Positions 38,113 to 47,617 of a stretch of 64,000 nucleotides of DNA are shown here, piece by piece. Location of the stretch: positions 114 through 64,113 of the forward strand of contig JBDRFE010000002.1 in assembly GCA_043819075.1 (NCBI GenBank), read 5' to 3'. Source of the DNA: an archaeon (GTDB lineage: Archaea > Iainarchaeota > Iainarchaeia > Iainarchaeales > 1-14-0-10-31-34). The position numbers and the translations under genes are program-made. The notes under the pieces are model-generated. The model ran no database searches, was not told the DNA's origin, and was given only the letters and a program-made list of their open reading frames with translations. Within the stretch, counting starts at the first letter, position 1. Each line of letters starts with the position of its first letter.

Positions 38113-39048
38113 ATGCAACCTGCCGACTTTCTAAAAACTAATTATGGCTTGATTCCTAAAAGCCAGCTTAAGGAAATTAAAATTCCAGTTGCACCGAAAG
38201 CCCGGCTCCTTAATTACTTGCCAGATTTGTTTGTTGAAGAAGTTGATGAAAAATCTTCTTATTTAAGCTGTCTTTTTGATGGCAAATACTTTGATATAAA
38301 CAAAGATTTTTTGAGGAAAGATTTGAATAAAATTTATTCAAAATTCGTGTTTGTAAAAGCAAAAGGGGCGGCACCAGTAAAGTTGCCAAAAATCTTGAAC
38401 CCTGAACTAGCTTACTTTATTGGCTATTTTATTGGCGACGGCGGTTTAAAGGATATTAAAAAAACATACGCCAAAACCAAAACATTTGAACATAAAATTA
38501 TTGTTGGCGACGAATTTCTTTTGCAGGCTGAAAGGATTCAAAAACTTTTTTTTGGTTTGTTTGGAGCCGAGTTTCCTATCAGGGATGAAAGAATCAGAAA
38601 AAGAGAAAAACTTTATTATCTGAATCCTACAAACAAAGTCATTTATCGCTTTTTGACGCAGGTTTTTGATATTCCTTCAGGCAAAAAACATGTTTTGTTG
38701 AAAATTCCAAAGTTAATTCTGGCTGCTCCGTTAGAAATTAAGAAGTGGTTTGCACGAGGGGTGTTTGATGCCGATGGTGAAACAAGAGCAGTTGAAAAAG
38801 GATTGAACTCCCAGCCAAGAATAAAGCTTAGAATGAAATCACACAAATTTATACAGTCGATGAAACTGCTTTTGAAGGAAGTTTTTGGGGTCAGCGTGAA
38901 TGGTCCTTATTTTGATTCAAACAAGCAATCAAGTTATATTCAAATAGAAAGACACGGGGATATCAAAAAACTTAATAATGAAACCTTGTTCATTCATCCA
39001 GTAAAACAATGGCGGCTTAATAAAATGGTTTTGCTTATGAAAACATAA
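38113..39048 (+). CDS. free-standing double-motif LAGLIDADG endonuclease-like protein
   Basis: Two dodecapeptide motifs, LAYFIGYFIGDGG and KKWFARGVFDADGE, about 110 aa apart. 311 aa. Confidence 0.6.
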   Translation: MQPADFLKTNYGLIPKSQLKEIKIPVAPKARLLNYLPDLFVEEVDEKSSYLSCLFDGKYFDINKDFLRKDLNKIYSKFVFVKAKGAAPVKLPKILNPELAYFIGYFIGDGGLKDIKKTYAKTKTFEHKIIVGDEFLLQAERIQKLFFGLFGAEFPIRDERIRKREKLYYLNPTNKVIYRFLTQVFDIPSGKKHVLLKIPKLILAAPLEIKKWFARGVFDADGETRAVEKGLNSQPRIKLRMKSHKFIQSMKLLLKEVFGVSVNGPYFDSNKQSSYIQIERHGDIKKLNNETLFIHPVKQWRLNKMVLLMKT

Positions 39049-39087
39049 CTTTAAAACATTTCCATAGCCTATTTGATAAATGGTTCT

Positions 39088-39205
39088 GGGGTCGTAGCTC
39101 AGCCTGATATTGTAGAGGAATAATCTTTTTATTGGCTCACAGTAGGCTTTGGAGAGCACACGGCTGAAGACCGTGGTGTCGCGGGTCCAAATCCCGCCGA
39201 CCCCA
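39088..39205 (+). tRNA. tRNA-Phe (GAA) with a roughly 44-nt non-canonical intron in the D-loop
   Basis: GGGGTCG TA GCTC AGCCTG[atattgtagaggaataatctttttattggctcacagtaggcttt]GGA GAGC A CACGG CTGAAGA CCGTG GTGTC GCGGG TCCAAAT CCCGC CGACCCC A. The spliced D-arm GCTCAGCCTGGGAGAGC is the canonical tRNA-Phe sequence. Confidence 0.7.
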
Positions 39206-39209
39206 TTTT

Positions 39210-39926
39210 TTATTTCTCTTTCCACAAATAAATTATTCCTAATCCTGTTTCAATCGTTTCCAGTTTTTTGTTTTCTTCTATTATTCCTTTGATTTCTTTT
39301 GGGTTTGCGCAATAATATTCAAATCCACCTTCAATGAAAATGCTTTCTCCGTTTATCCAAGAATTAAAGCCTGCTTTGTTGTAGTATTCTTTAAGTTTTG
39401 GGAGCGACTCTTTTCGGTAAATGCTTACTGCACCATTTCTAGACCACTCAAGCATTTTTTTAAGAATGCTTTCGATATTTTTCTTTCCAACTAATGGCAG
39501 TGTGCAATAGCAAAAAACATAATCAAAATAATTTTTTGGAAGAGAAACCTTTCTCATGTCTGTAACAGCAATTAAAAGCTTTTTTGGATTTTTTCCCGCC
39601 TTTTCATCTAAAAATTGTTTTGAAAAAGAAGAAACACCCCTTAAGACTTCAAATTCTATTCCTTCTTTCTCCAGTTTTTTGCAAGCAATTTTTATCATTT
39701 CTTCTGAGAAGTCCAACGTGAAAACTTTTGCCCCGGCTTTCGCTAATTGAGTTATGTGAAATCCAGAGCCTGTAGCAAAATAAAAAACTTTTTTGCCCGC
39801 TCCGTGTTTCAAGAGATTATTTTCTTTTTCTCTGAGTTCTTTTAGCAAAGGAAATTCGTTTATTCTGCTTTCAAATAAATCGTAAGATTTTGGGTTCTTA
39901 TTGTAAAATTCTTTTATTTTGTTCAT
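39210..39926 (-). CDS. class I SAM-dependent methyltransferase (hypothetical)
   Basis: VFYFATGSGFHITQLAKAGAKVFTLDFSEEMI (motif I). 238 aa. Confidence 0.5.
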   Translation of the reverse strand: MNKIKEFYNKNPKSYDLFESRINEFPLLKELREKENNLLKHGAGKKVFYFATGSGFHITQLAKAGAKVFTLDFSEEMIKIACKKLEKEGIEFEVLRGVSSFSKQFLDEKAGKNPKKLLIAVTDMRKVSLPKNYFDYVFCYCTLPLVGKKNIESILKKMLEWSRNGAVSIYRKESLPKLKEYYNKAGFNSWINGESIFIEGGFEYYCANPKEIKGIIEENKKLETIETGLGIIYLWKEK

Positions 39927-39987
39927 TTACATAACTTGTTTCCACATTTTCTTTTTAAATTCTTCCCAGCATATTTTGAATGGTTTT

Positions 39988-41286
39988 ATGAGTTCAGTTT
40001 TTGTTATTGGCGCGCAGTTCGGGGATGAAGGAAAAGGAAAATTAGTTGACTGTTTGGCTGAAAAATCTGATTGTGTTGTTAGATTCCAAGGAGGAAACAA
40101 CGCAGGCCACACTGTTGTGGTAAACGAAAACATTTTCAAGCTGCATTTGCTTCCTTCTGGAGTGATAAGGAATAAGCGTTCTTTGATTGGAGCAGGAGTT
40201 TCATTGGATCCAAGAGTGTTAAAAGAAGAAATTAATGAACTCAAAGAAAAAGGAATTGAAGTGAATTTAGGCATTGACCCGCGATGCCAGATAATAATGC
40301 CTTGGCATAACATAATTGACATTGGCAAAGAAGAAGCTTTGAAAGAAAAAAACATTGGCACCACGAGAAGAGGGGTTGGCCCTTGTTATGCTGACCGTGC
40401 TTCAAGAATCGGAATAAGGTTTGATGACTTGATTGACGAGAAAAGGCTGAAAGAAAAACTGTCTTTTAACTTTTTTTATTACCAGGAATTATGCGAGCTT
40501 GTTCTTGGAAAAAAATTTGATTTTACTGTAGAAGAAGTGTTTGAAGAATACTCTGTTCTTGGAGCTGAATTCGAAAAATTCCTGTCTGATGTTTCAATTG
40601 AAGTAAATTTGCTTTTAGACAAAAAAAAGAAGGTTTTGTTTGAGGGTGCACAGGGAACAATGCTTGACAATGATTTTGGCACTTATCCTTTTGTCACTTC
40701 ATCCCATCCAATGTCTGGTGCAGCAACAATTGGTGTAGGAATTTCTCCTAAAAAAATTGAGTATGTTGTTGGTGTAGTAAAAGCTTATACTACTAGGGTT
40801 GGTTCTGGCCCTTTTCCAACTGAATTGTTTGAAGATGAAGCAGATTTTTTGAGAAACGCGGGAAATGAGTTCGGAACAACGACCGGAAGGGCAAGGCGTG
40901 TTGGCTGGCTTGATTTGCCTATGCTGCGTTTGTCTCACAGGCTGAACGGTTTTGATGAAATTGCAATAACAAAGTTAGATGTTTTAAGCGGGTTGAAAAC
41001 TCTTTTGGTTGCAGAATCTTATTCAATTGACGGGAAAAAAGTCTTTGAATTTCCTTATGCAAATCATTTGGTTGAAAAAGCAGAGCCAAATTACACTGAA
41101 TTAAAAGGCTTTACTTTTGAAGAAAAGGAAAGGGAAAAATTAAGGAAAAACGGTTTTACCGCAATGCCATCTAATGCAAAAAAATACTTATCTTTTATTG
41201 AAAAACAGCTGAAAGTGCCGGTTAAAACAGTTTCTTTTGGAGCAGAAAGAAATGATACTGTAACAAAAGGAAAATTACTCTGCTAA
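39988..41286 (+). CDS. purA: adenylosuccinate synthetase
   Basis: VIGAQFGDEGKGKLVD P-loop and GGNNAGHTVV. Start taken at the internal M (MSSVFVIGAQ) because the upstream extension is non-protein-like. Confidence 0.9.
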   Translation: MSSVFVIGAQFGDEGKGKLVDCLAEKSDCVVRFQGGNNAGHTVVVNENIFKLHLLPSGVIRNKRSLIGAGVSLDPRVLKEEINELKEKGIEVNLGIDPRCQIIMPWHNIIDIGKEEALKEKNIGTTRRGVGPCYADRASRIGIRFDDLIDEKRLKEKLSFNFFYYQELCELVLGKKFDFTVEEVFEEYSVLGAEFEKFLSDVSIEVNLLLDKKKKVLFEGAQGTMLDNDFGTYPFVTSSHPMSGAATIGVGISPKKIEYVVGVVKAYTTRVGSGPFPTELFEDEADFLRNAGNEFGTTTGRARRVGWLDLPMLRLSHRLNGFDEIAITKLDVLSGLKTLLVAESYSIDGKKVFEFPYANHLVEKAEPNYTELKGFTFEEKEREKLRKNGFTAMPSNAKKYLSFIEKQLKVPVKTVSFGAERNDTVTKGKLLC

Positions 41287-42610
41287 TTCAGCCGCTTTTC
41301 CAAGATAATTTTCAGGCTTTAGTTTCATTAGCTTGTTTTTTTCTTTTTCGCTTAAAGAGCTTTTTTTGATGAATTCTTTCAGTTCATCCAAAGTTAATTT
41401 TTTCCCTCTTGAAAACTCTTTTAATTCTTCGTAAGCTTTTTTGTTTCCTTCTTTTCTCATTACAGTCTGAATTGCTTCAGTTAATACTTCTGGATGAGTT
41501 TTTAATTCTTCAAGCATTTTTTCTTTGCTTGTTTGGGTTCTTTCAAGGCCTTTAATGCACATTTTTATTCCAAGCAATGAATGTCCAAAAGCCGTTCCAT
41601 AATTTCTTTTAATTGTTGAATCGCTTAAATCTCTCTGCATTCTGGTTTTCTGCAGCCTTGAACTCAGAAAAACAAGCAAATTGTTTGCAAGCAATAAGTT
41701 GCCTTCACTGTTTTCAAACTGAATCGGATTAATTTTGTGCGGCATAATTGAACTGCCTGTTTCACTTGCCATTTTTTTCTGTGAAAGGTATTCTTTGCTG
41801 ATGTAAAACCATAAATCAGTGTCAAGGTTGATTACAATATTGTTGAGCAAAACCATTTCATTGAATATTCGTGAAATGCTGTCATGCGGAATAATCTGTG
41901 TTGTCAGTTTCTTTGATTCAAACCCAAGGCTTGAAACAAACTCTTTGCTTAATTTAATCCAGTTTTTTTCAGGGAAAGCAGAATGCATTGAATTAAAGTT
42001 TCCTACAGCAGAATTAAGTTTTCCCGGCAACCTCATTTTTTTTTAATACCAATAAACTTTCCTCTATTCTTGAACCAAAAACTGCAATCTCTTTCCCAAA
42101 GGTTGTCGGTGATGCAGGCTGGCCGTGTGTATGGCTTAACATTGCGGTGTTTTTTTCTTTGTGGGAAATTTCTTTGAGTTTTTTTAGCAGCAAAAAACAA
42201 CCAGTTATGTATAACTCTAATCCTTTTTCTATTTGTTTCGAGTTCGCCAGATTATTTATGTCTTCTGATGTTAACCCGAAATGAACAAAGCTTTCAGCGT
42301 TTTTCAGAGAATTTTTCTGCATTTTTTTTCTTATAAAATATTCTATTGCTTTGACATCGTGGTTTGTCGTTTTTTCTGTTGCTTTTATTTCTTTGAAGTC
42401 TTTTTCACTGAATTTTTTGTAAATGTTTTCCAAAAAAGTTTTTTCTTTTTCACTGAACTTTCTCGCAATCCCTTTTTTTGACAAAAACAACAGGTATTTT
42501 ATTTCAATTTCTGCCCTGAATTTTTGCAGTGCGTATTCAGAGAAAATTTCCTTTAATTCTTTTGTCAAATCTGCATATCTTCCGTCTAAAGGGGAAATTG
42601 CTTTTTTCAT
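41275..42610 (-). pseudogene. purB: adenylosuccinate lyase (purB) split by a +1 frameshift in an A9 homopolymer (coding strand) at about 42036-42044
   Basis: N-terminal ORF 42014-42610 (SPLDGRYA..., HFGLTSEDINNLA, THGQPASPTTFGKE). C-terminal ORF 41275-42036 (GKLNSAVGNFN..., GSSIMPHKINP lyase signature). Removing one A from the run gives the continuous ...LLVLKKMRLPGKLNSAVGNFN. The cause could be a sequencing error, a real pseudogene or programmed slippage. Confidence 0.8.
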
Positions 42611-42716
42611 AAATATTTATAGTTTGAATTGTTTTTATTGTTATTGTTTTTTTGTTTTACCTTTCAGTTTGATTTAAATTCTTTTAAGTCTTTGAATATA
42701 TTATTGGTTTGTTTTT

Positions 42717-44138
42717 ATGTGCGGGATTATCGGAATCATCTCCAAGCAGGACGTTCTTTCTGACGTATTCATCGGAATGCTTTCCTTACAGCACCGCGGC
42801 CAGGATTCTGCGGGAATACTTTCTTTTGACAAAAAAATGAAGTTAATCAAAAAAGAAGGCCTTGTTGGAAGCATTTTCACTGAAAAAGAATTAGCTGAAT
42901 TAAAAGCTAACACAGCAATCGGGCACACAAGGTATCCTACTATTGGCTCAGATTTTTCTTCTGATGCACAGCCTTTCATGGTTTCAAAGCCTTTTGAAAT
43001 AGGCATGGCGCATAACGGCAACATAACAAATTATTTTGACTTAAAAAAAGAGTTAAACACTAAAACGCATTGTGTTTTGTCTTCATGTGATGTTGAAGTT
43101 GTTTTGAATGTTTTTGCCCAGTCTTTGCCTGAAAAATTTTCTGTTGAAGCATTGTTTGATGCAGTCAAAAAAGTTTTTGGCAAAGTAAAAGGTTCGTATT
43201 CTGTTGTTGTATTGATAAAAGACAAAGGCTTGCTCGCCTTCCGTGACCCTCATGCAATAAGGCCTCTAATAATGGCAGAAAAAGAGGTTAATGGAATAAA
43301 ATCTGTTGGTTTTGCTTCTGAAAGCCTTTCTTTGACTTCAACCGGCTATAAATTAATCAGGGACATTAATGCAGGAGAAGCAGTGTTTGTTGATTCAAAC
43401 CTTAACATTGTTTCAAAAATTTTAGCAAATGAAAAACCTTCGCATTGTATGTTTGAATGGGTTTATTTTTCCGGTGCAGAATCAATTATTGACAATTTAG
43501 AGGTTTATACTGCAAGAATTAATTTAGGAAAAGAATTAGCTGAAGCATGGAAGAAAACCGGCTTGAAAGCAGATGTTGTTATCCCTGTTCCTGACACAAG
43601 CAGGACAGCTGCCTCAAAGTTAGCTGAAGAAATTAATATTCCTTATCGTGAAGGATTAATAAAAAACAGGTACATTGGAAGGACTTTTATTATGGCTTCA
43701 CAGGAAAAAAGAGAGAATGGAGTAAGGTTAAAACTTAATCCAGTGCAAAGTGAAATAAACGGAAAAAACATTATTCTTGTTGATGACAGTATTGTTCGTG
43801 GCACTACTTCAAAAAAAATCGTCAAGCTATTGAAAGACAATGGGGCAAAAAAAGTTTTCTTTCTTTCAACTTGCCCGCCGATTATTTCGCCATGTTTTTA
43901 TGGGGTTGACATGCCTTCAAAAAAAGAACTGATTGCTTCAAGGCTGTCAGTCGAGGAAATCAGAAAAGAAATTAACGCTGACTTTTTGCTTTACAATTCA
44001 ATTGATTCCTTGAAAAAAGCCTTGGAAAGGAATGACTTGTGCATGGCGTGCCTTACAGGAAATTATCCGGTTCCAATTCCAAAGCAAACTGAAGACGAGT
44101 TTGAGAAAACAAGAAAAAAAGAGCAGGAAAAGCATTAA
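42717..44138 (+). CDS. purF: amidophosphoribosyltransferase
   Basis: MCGIIGI N-terminal nucleophile Cys. PRTase domain VDDSIVRGTT. Confidence 0.9.
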   Translation: MCGIIGIISKQDVLSDVFIGMLSLQHRGQDSAGILSFDKKMKLIKKEGLVGSIFTEKELAELKANTAIGHTRYPTIGSDFSSDAQPFMVSKPFEIGMAHNGNITNYFDLKKELNTKTHCVLSSCDVEVVLNVFAQSLPEKFSVEALFDAVKKVFGKVKGSYSVVVLIKDKGLLAFRDPHAIRPLIMAEKEVNGIKSVGFASESLSLTSTGYKLIRDINAGEAVFVDSNLNIVSKILANEKPSHCMFEWVYFSGAESIIDNLEVYTARINLGKELAEAWKKTGLKADVVIPVPDTSRTAASKLAEEINIPYREGLIKNRYIGRTFIMASQEKRENGVRLKLNPVQSEINGKNIILVDDSIVRGTTSKKIVKLLKDNGAKKVFFLSTCPPIISPCFYGVDMPSKKELIASRLSVEEIRKEINADFLLYNSIDSLKKALERNDLCMACLTGNYPVPIPKQTEDEFEKTRKKEQEKH

Positions 44139-44142
44139 AGAG

Positions 44143-45117
44143 GTGCTTGTGTTGGGTTCAGTAAAAGATTTAACTGTATTAAAAAAGGCTTCGGAAAAAA
44201 ATTTTGGTGAAGGAATTTTTTCTTTTACCGATGATTACAGCGTGTTTGATTTTGGCAAAATGCCTCAGACAATTCCAGGCAAAGGCGAGTCATTGTGCAG
44301 GATGGCTGTATATAATTTTGAAAAAATAGCTGAAGCAGGAATTAACACTCATTTTGGGGACTTTGTTTCTCCAAACAAAATGAAAGTTAAATTAGTCCAA
44401 GTTATTTTTCCACAGGAAAGAAAGTTAACTGAAAAAGACTCTAATTATTTGATTCCATTGGAAGTTGTTTTTCGTAACATGCTTCCGGAAGGAAGCTCTT
44501 TGCTTGCAAGATTCAGGGAAGGAAAAGCAAAGCCGTCTGATTACGGATTGAAAAGCATTCCTCCGGCAAACACTTTTTTTGAAAAACCTTTAATTGAATT
44601 TTTTACAAAGCTTGAGCCTGTTGACAGATTACTTTCAGAAACAGAAGCAAAAACAATGAGTGCTTTAACTGAAAACCAGTTAAATGAAATAAAGTCAATT
44701 GCCTTGAAAGTGAATTCTTTTTTAAACAAAAAAGCTTTTTCTCTTGGTTTAGTGCATGCTGATGGAAAAATTGAATTAGCTTTTTCTCCTGAAAGAAAAT
44801 TAATTTTAGTTGATGTTTTTGGCACTTTAGATGAAAACCGTTTTTTGTTTAATGGAGTTCATGCAAGCAAGCAGATTGCAAGAGACTATTATTTGACAAC
44901 TGACTGGGGTAAAGAGCTTTCTGAAGCAAAAAAATCAGGCAAGCCAAAAGAAGACTGGCCTGTGCCGCCTGATTTGCCTTCAAAGCTTTTGGAATTGATT
45001 TCAGAAATTTATTCTGCTACAGCACAGGAATGGATTAATGAAAAATTCGCTTCTGCCAGGCCGTTAAAAAAAGTTATTGTTGAATACAAAGAATTAAAGG
45101 AAAAAAACAAGTGGTAA
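44143..45117 (+). CDS. purC: phosphoribosylaminoimidazole-succinocarboxamide (SAICAR) synthase
   Basis: GSVKDL..FSFTDDYSVFDFGKMPQTIPGKGESL...KIAEAGINTHF...LEVVFRN aligns with E. coli PurC (GKAKTVY..FRNDTSAFDGE..KGMVNN..KLAEAGIPTQ..VECVVRN). Probable GTG start at 44143 with AAGAGG 5 nt upstream, directly after the purF stop. Confidence 0.75.
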   Translation: MLVLGSVKDLTVLKKASEKNFGEGIFSFTDDYSVFDFGKMPQTIPGKGESLCRMAVYNFEKIAEAGINTHFGDFVSPNKMKVKLVQVIFPQERKLTEKDSNYLIPLEVVFRNMLPEGSSLLARFREGKAKPSDYGLKSIPPANTFFEKPLIEFFTKLEPVDRLLSETEAKTMSALTENQLNEIKSIALKVNSFLNKKAFSLGLVHADGKIELAFSPERKLILVDVFGTLDENRFLFNGVHASKQIARDYYLTTDWGKELSEAKKSGKPKEDWPVPPDLPSKLLELISEIYSATAQEWINEKFASARPLKKVIVEYKELKEKNKW

Positions 45118-45132
45118 ACCTTTTTTTTTGTT

Positions 45133-45555
45133 TCATTTTTTTGGCCTTATAATGCTTGTTCTTTTAGGTTGGTTCAGCCTGATGTGTTCCTTTCTTCCAA
45201 GGGGTTTTGGTTTGGATTTTTTTTTGTATTTAAACGGTTTGGTTCTGCGGTCTCTCATGAATACACTGACAATTTTTTGCCTGCCAGACACTGTTTTCTT
45301 TTTGCCAGCCACTTTTACCCTGTAGCCTGCAGGAGCCTCAATGTACTGGATTCCTTTAACAAGCACTCTCCTGCCTATAGTGCCTTTTTTCACGCCTTCT
45401 TGAAAGCGTTTAAAAGGAATTTCAAAAACTTTTTTTCCCGCTGTTTTTCTTTTTGATTTAGGAGGGTTAACCCTTCTTTCAATGTGCTGTTTTGGGTCAA
45501 ACACAGAATGCTTTCGCGAGTTAAACGCAATTTTTTTGGGTTTTCTCATAATCAA
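45133..45555 (-). CDS. small basic protein (possible RNA/ribosome-associated), hypothetical
   Basis: 140 aa, very K/R-rich with a central beta-rich segment (GRRVLVKGIQYIEAPAGYRVKVAGKKKTVSGRQKIVSVF). No confident family assignment. Confidence 0.4.
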   Translation of the reverse strand: MIMRKPKKIAFNSRKHSVFDPKQHIERRVNPPKSKRKTAGKKVFEIPFKRFQEGVKKGTIGRRVLVKGIQYIEAPAGYRVKVAGKKKTVSGRQKIVSVFMRDRRTKPFKYKKKSKPKPLGRKEHIRLNQPKRTSIIRPKK

Positions 45556-45616
45556 ATTAAGGGATTAGCTTTATTTAATCTATTGCATTTTATTTATATT
45601 ATTGTTTGGTGTTTTG

Positions 45617-45997
45617 ATGAAAGTTGCAATTGTAATGGGTTCAGAGTCGGATAAGCCAATAGCGGAAAAAGCTGAAAAAGTTTTAAAAGAAAACAAGATT
45701 CCATTTGAATCTTTTGTTGCTTCAGCTCACAGAAACCCGGAAAAAGTAAAAGAAATTGCTTCAAAAGATTTTGATGTCTTTATTGCTATTGCTGGCTTGA
45801 GTGCTGCATTGCCTGGAGTAATTGCTTCGCATACAAAAAAGCCTGTGATAGGCGTTCCAGTTTCATCCAAGTTAGGCGGATTGGATGCATTATTGGCTAT
45901 TGCCCAGATGCCTAAAGGCGTTCCAGTTGCATGTGTTGGAATAGATAACGGAGAAAACGCTGCCTGGCTTGCAATCCGAATCCTTCAATCAAAATAA
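45617..45997 (+). CDS. purE: N5-carboxyaminoimidazole ribonucleotide mutase / AIR carboxylase catalytic subunit
   Basis: [13 protein letters not shown] and [22 protein letters not shown] match PurE. Confidence 0.85.
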   Translation: MKVAIVMGSESDKPIAEKAEKVLKENKIPFESFVASAHRNPEKVKEIASKDFDVFIAIAGLSAALPGVIASHTKKPVIGVPVSSKLGGLDALLAIAQMPKGVPVACVGIDNGENAAWLAIRILQSK

Positions 45998-46087
45998 TTA
46001 AAATAACCTTCTTCTATTATTATTTATGTTGCAGGAAATTAAGCCAGTTTTATCTGATTCTTTTTTTAGTTTCTTCGGGGTGTTTAA

Positions 46088-47617
46088 TTGATTGCAGTAA
46101 TTAATTTTGGTGGCCAGTACTGCCATTTAATTGCAAGAAAAATAAGGGAATTAGGCGTTAAAGCAGAAGTTTTTCCTAACACTATTACCGCAGAAGAACT
46201 TGTTTCAATTAAGCCTGCCGGAATAATCCTTTCAGGCGGGCCTTCAAGCGTTAACCAATCTAATGCCCCGAAAATGGATAAAAAAATTCTTGAATTAAAT
46301 ATTCCTGTTTTAGGAATCTGTTATGGGTTGCAGTTAATTGCTGTTTTTTTAGGCGGAAAGGTAAAGCCAGGCCAAACAAGAGAATACGGAAAAAACATTA
46401 TTTTAGTTAAAGGAAATGACCCTTTGCTTAAAGGCTTGAAAAAAGAGCAGGTGTGGCTGTCGCATTTTGATATAGTTGAAAAAATTCCTGAAGGATTCAA
46501 AATTTCTTCTTCAACTAAAACCTGCCCTGTTTCTTCAATGTTTTCTTCTTCAAAAAAATTTTTTGGATTACAGTTCCATCCTGAAGTGCATCACACCCCG
46601 AAAGGAAAAAAAATCCTGTCAAATTTCTTGAAACAATGCAAGGCAAAAAAAGACTGGAAAATCAGTTCTGTGATAAAAGAAGTTGAAAGCCAGATTAAGG
46701 CTAAAGCAGGAAAAGAGAAAGTGATTATGGGTGTTTCAGGCGGAGTCGATTCTTTGGTTGCATCAGCTTTGTTGCATAAAACAATTCCAGGGCAGTTGTT
46801 TTGTGTTTTTGTTGACAATGGCTTGATGAGGAAAAACGAAAAGCAGTACATTGAATCCTTGTATAAGAAAATGGGTTTCAGGCATTTTTTTGCAGTTGAT
46901 GCATCAAAAGAATTTGTTTCTGCTTTGAAAGGAGTTTCTGATCCGGAAGAAAAAAGAAAAATTATCGGCCACACGTTTATTTCTGTTTTTGAGACAAAAG
47001 CAAAAGAATTAGAGCAGTCTTTTGGAAAAATTTCTTTTTTAGGCCAGGGAACAATTTACCCTGACAGGATTGAGTCAGCTGAACCATCTAAAACTGCTTC
47101 AAAAATTAAATCCCACCATAATTTGTCTTTGCCTGAAACAATGAAGTTAAGTTTGATTGAGCCTTTAAGGGAATTCTATAAAGACGAAGTAAGGCAGATT
47201 GGAAGAACGCTTAAAATTCCTTTAGAGTTTCTTGACAGGCATCCTTTTCCAGGCCCTGGCCTTGGAGTAAGGATTTTAGGCGAGGTATCAGAAGAAAAAC
47301 TTGTTATTTTAAGGCAGGTTGATTTTATTTTTATTGAAGAATTAAAGAAAAACAATTTTTACAACAAAACCTGGCAGGCGTTTGCAGTGTTATTTCCAAT
47401 TAAGGCAGTCGGCGTCAAAGGAGATGAAAGAAGTTATTCGTATGTTGTCTGCCTGCGTGCAGTTAATTCAGTTGACGGAATGACAGCTGACTGGACTAAA
47501 ATCCCGAATGATTTGCTGGAAAAAATTTCTTCAAGGATTTTGAATGAAGTGCCTGAAGTTGGAAGGGTTTTGTATGACATTTCCCAGAAGCCGCCTGCAA
47601 CAATTGAATTTGAGTGA
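46088..47617 (+). CDS. guaA: GMP synthase (glutamine-hydrolysing), fused GATase + ATP-PPase (bacterial-type single polypeptide)
   Basis: IAVINFGGQY GATase N-terminus, SGGVDS PP-loop and a C-terminal dimerisation domain. TTG start. Confidence 0.9.
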   Translation: MIAVINFGGQYCHLIARKIRELGVKAEVFPNTITAEELVSIKPAGIILSGGPSSVNQSNAPKMDKKILELNIPVLGICYGLQLIAVFLGGKVKPGQTREYGKNIILVKGNDPLLKGLKKEQVWLSHFDIVEKIPEGFKISSSTKTCPVSSMFSSSKKFFGLQFHPEVHHTPKGKKILSNFLKQCKAKKDWKISSVIKEVESQIKAKAGKEKVIMGVSGGVDSLVASALLHKTIPGQLFCVFVDNGLMRKNEKQYIESLYKKMGFRHFFAVDASKEFVSALKGVSDPEEKRKIIGHTFISVFETKAKELEQSFGKISFLGQGTIYPDRIESAEPSKTASKIKSHHNLSLPETMKLSLIEPLREFYKDEVRQIGRTLKIPLEFLDRHPFPGPGLGVRILGEVSEEKLVILRQVDFIFIEELKKNNFYNKTWQAFAVLFPIKAVGVKGDERSYSYVVCLRAVNSVDGMTADWTKIPNDLLEKISSRILNEVPEVGRVLYDISQKPPATIEFE

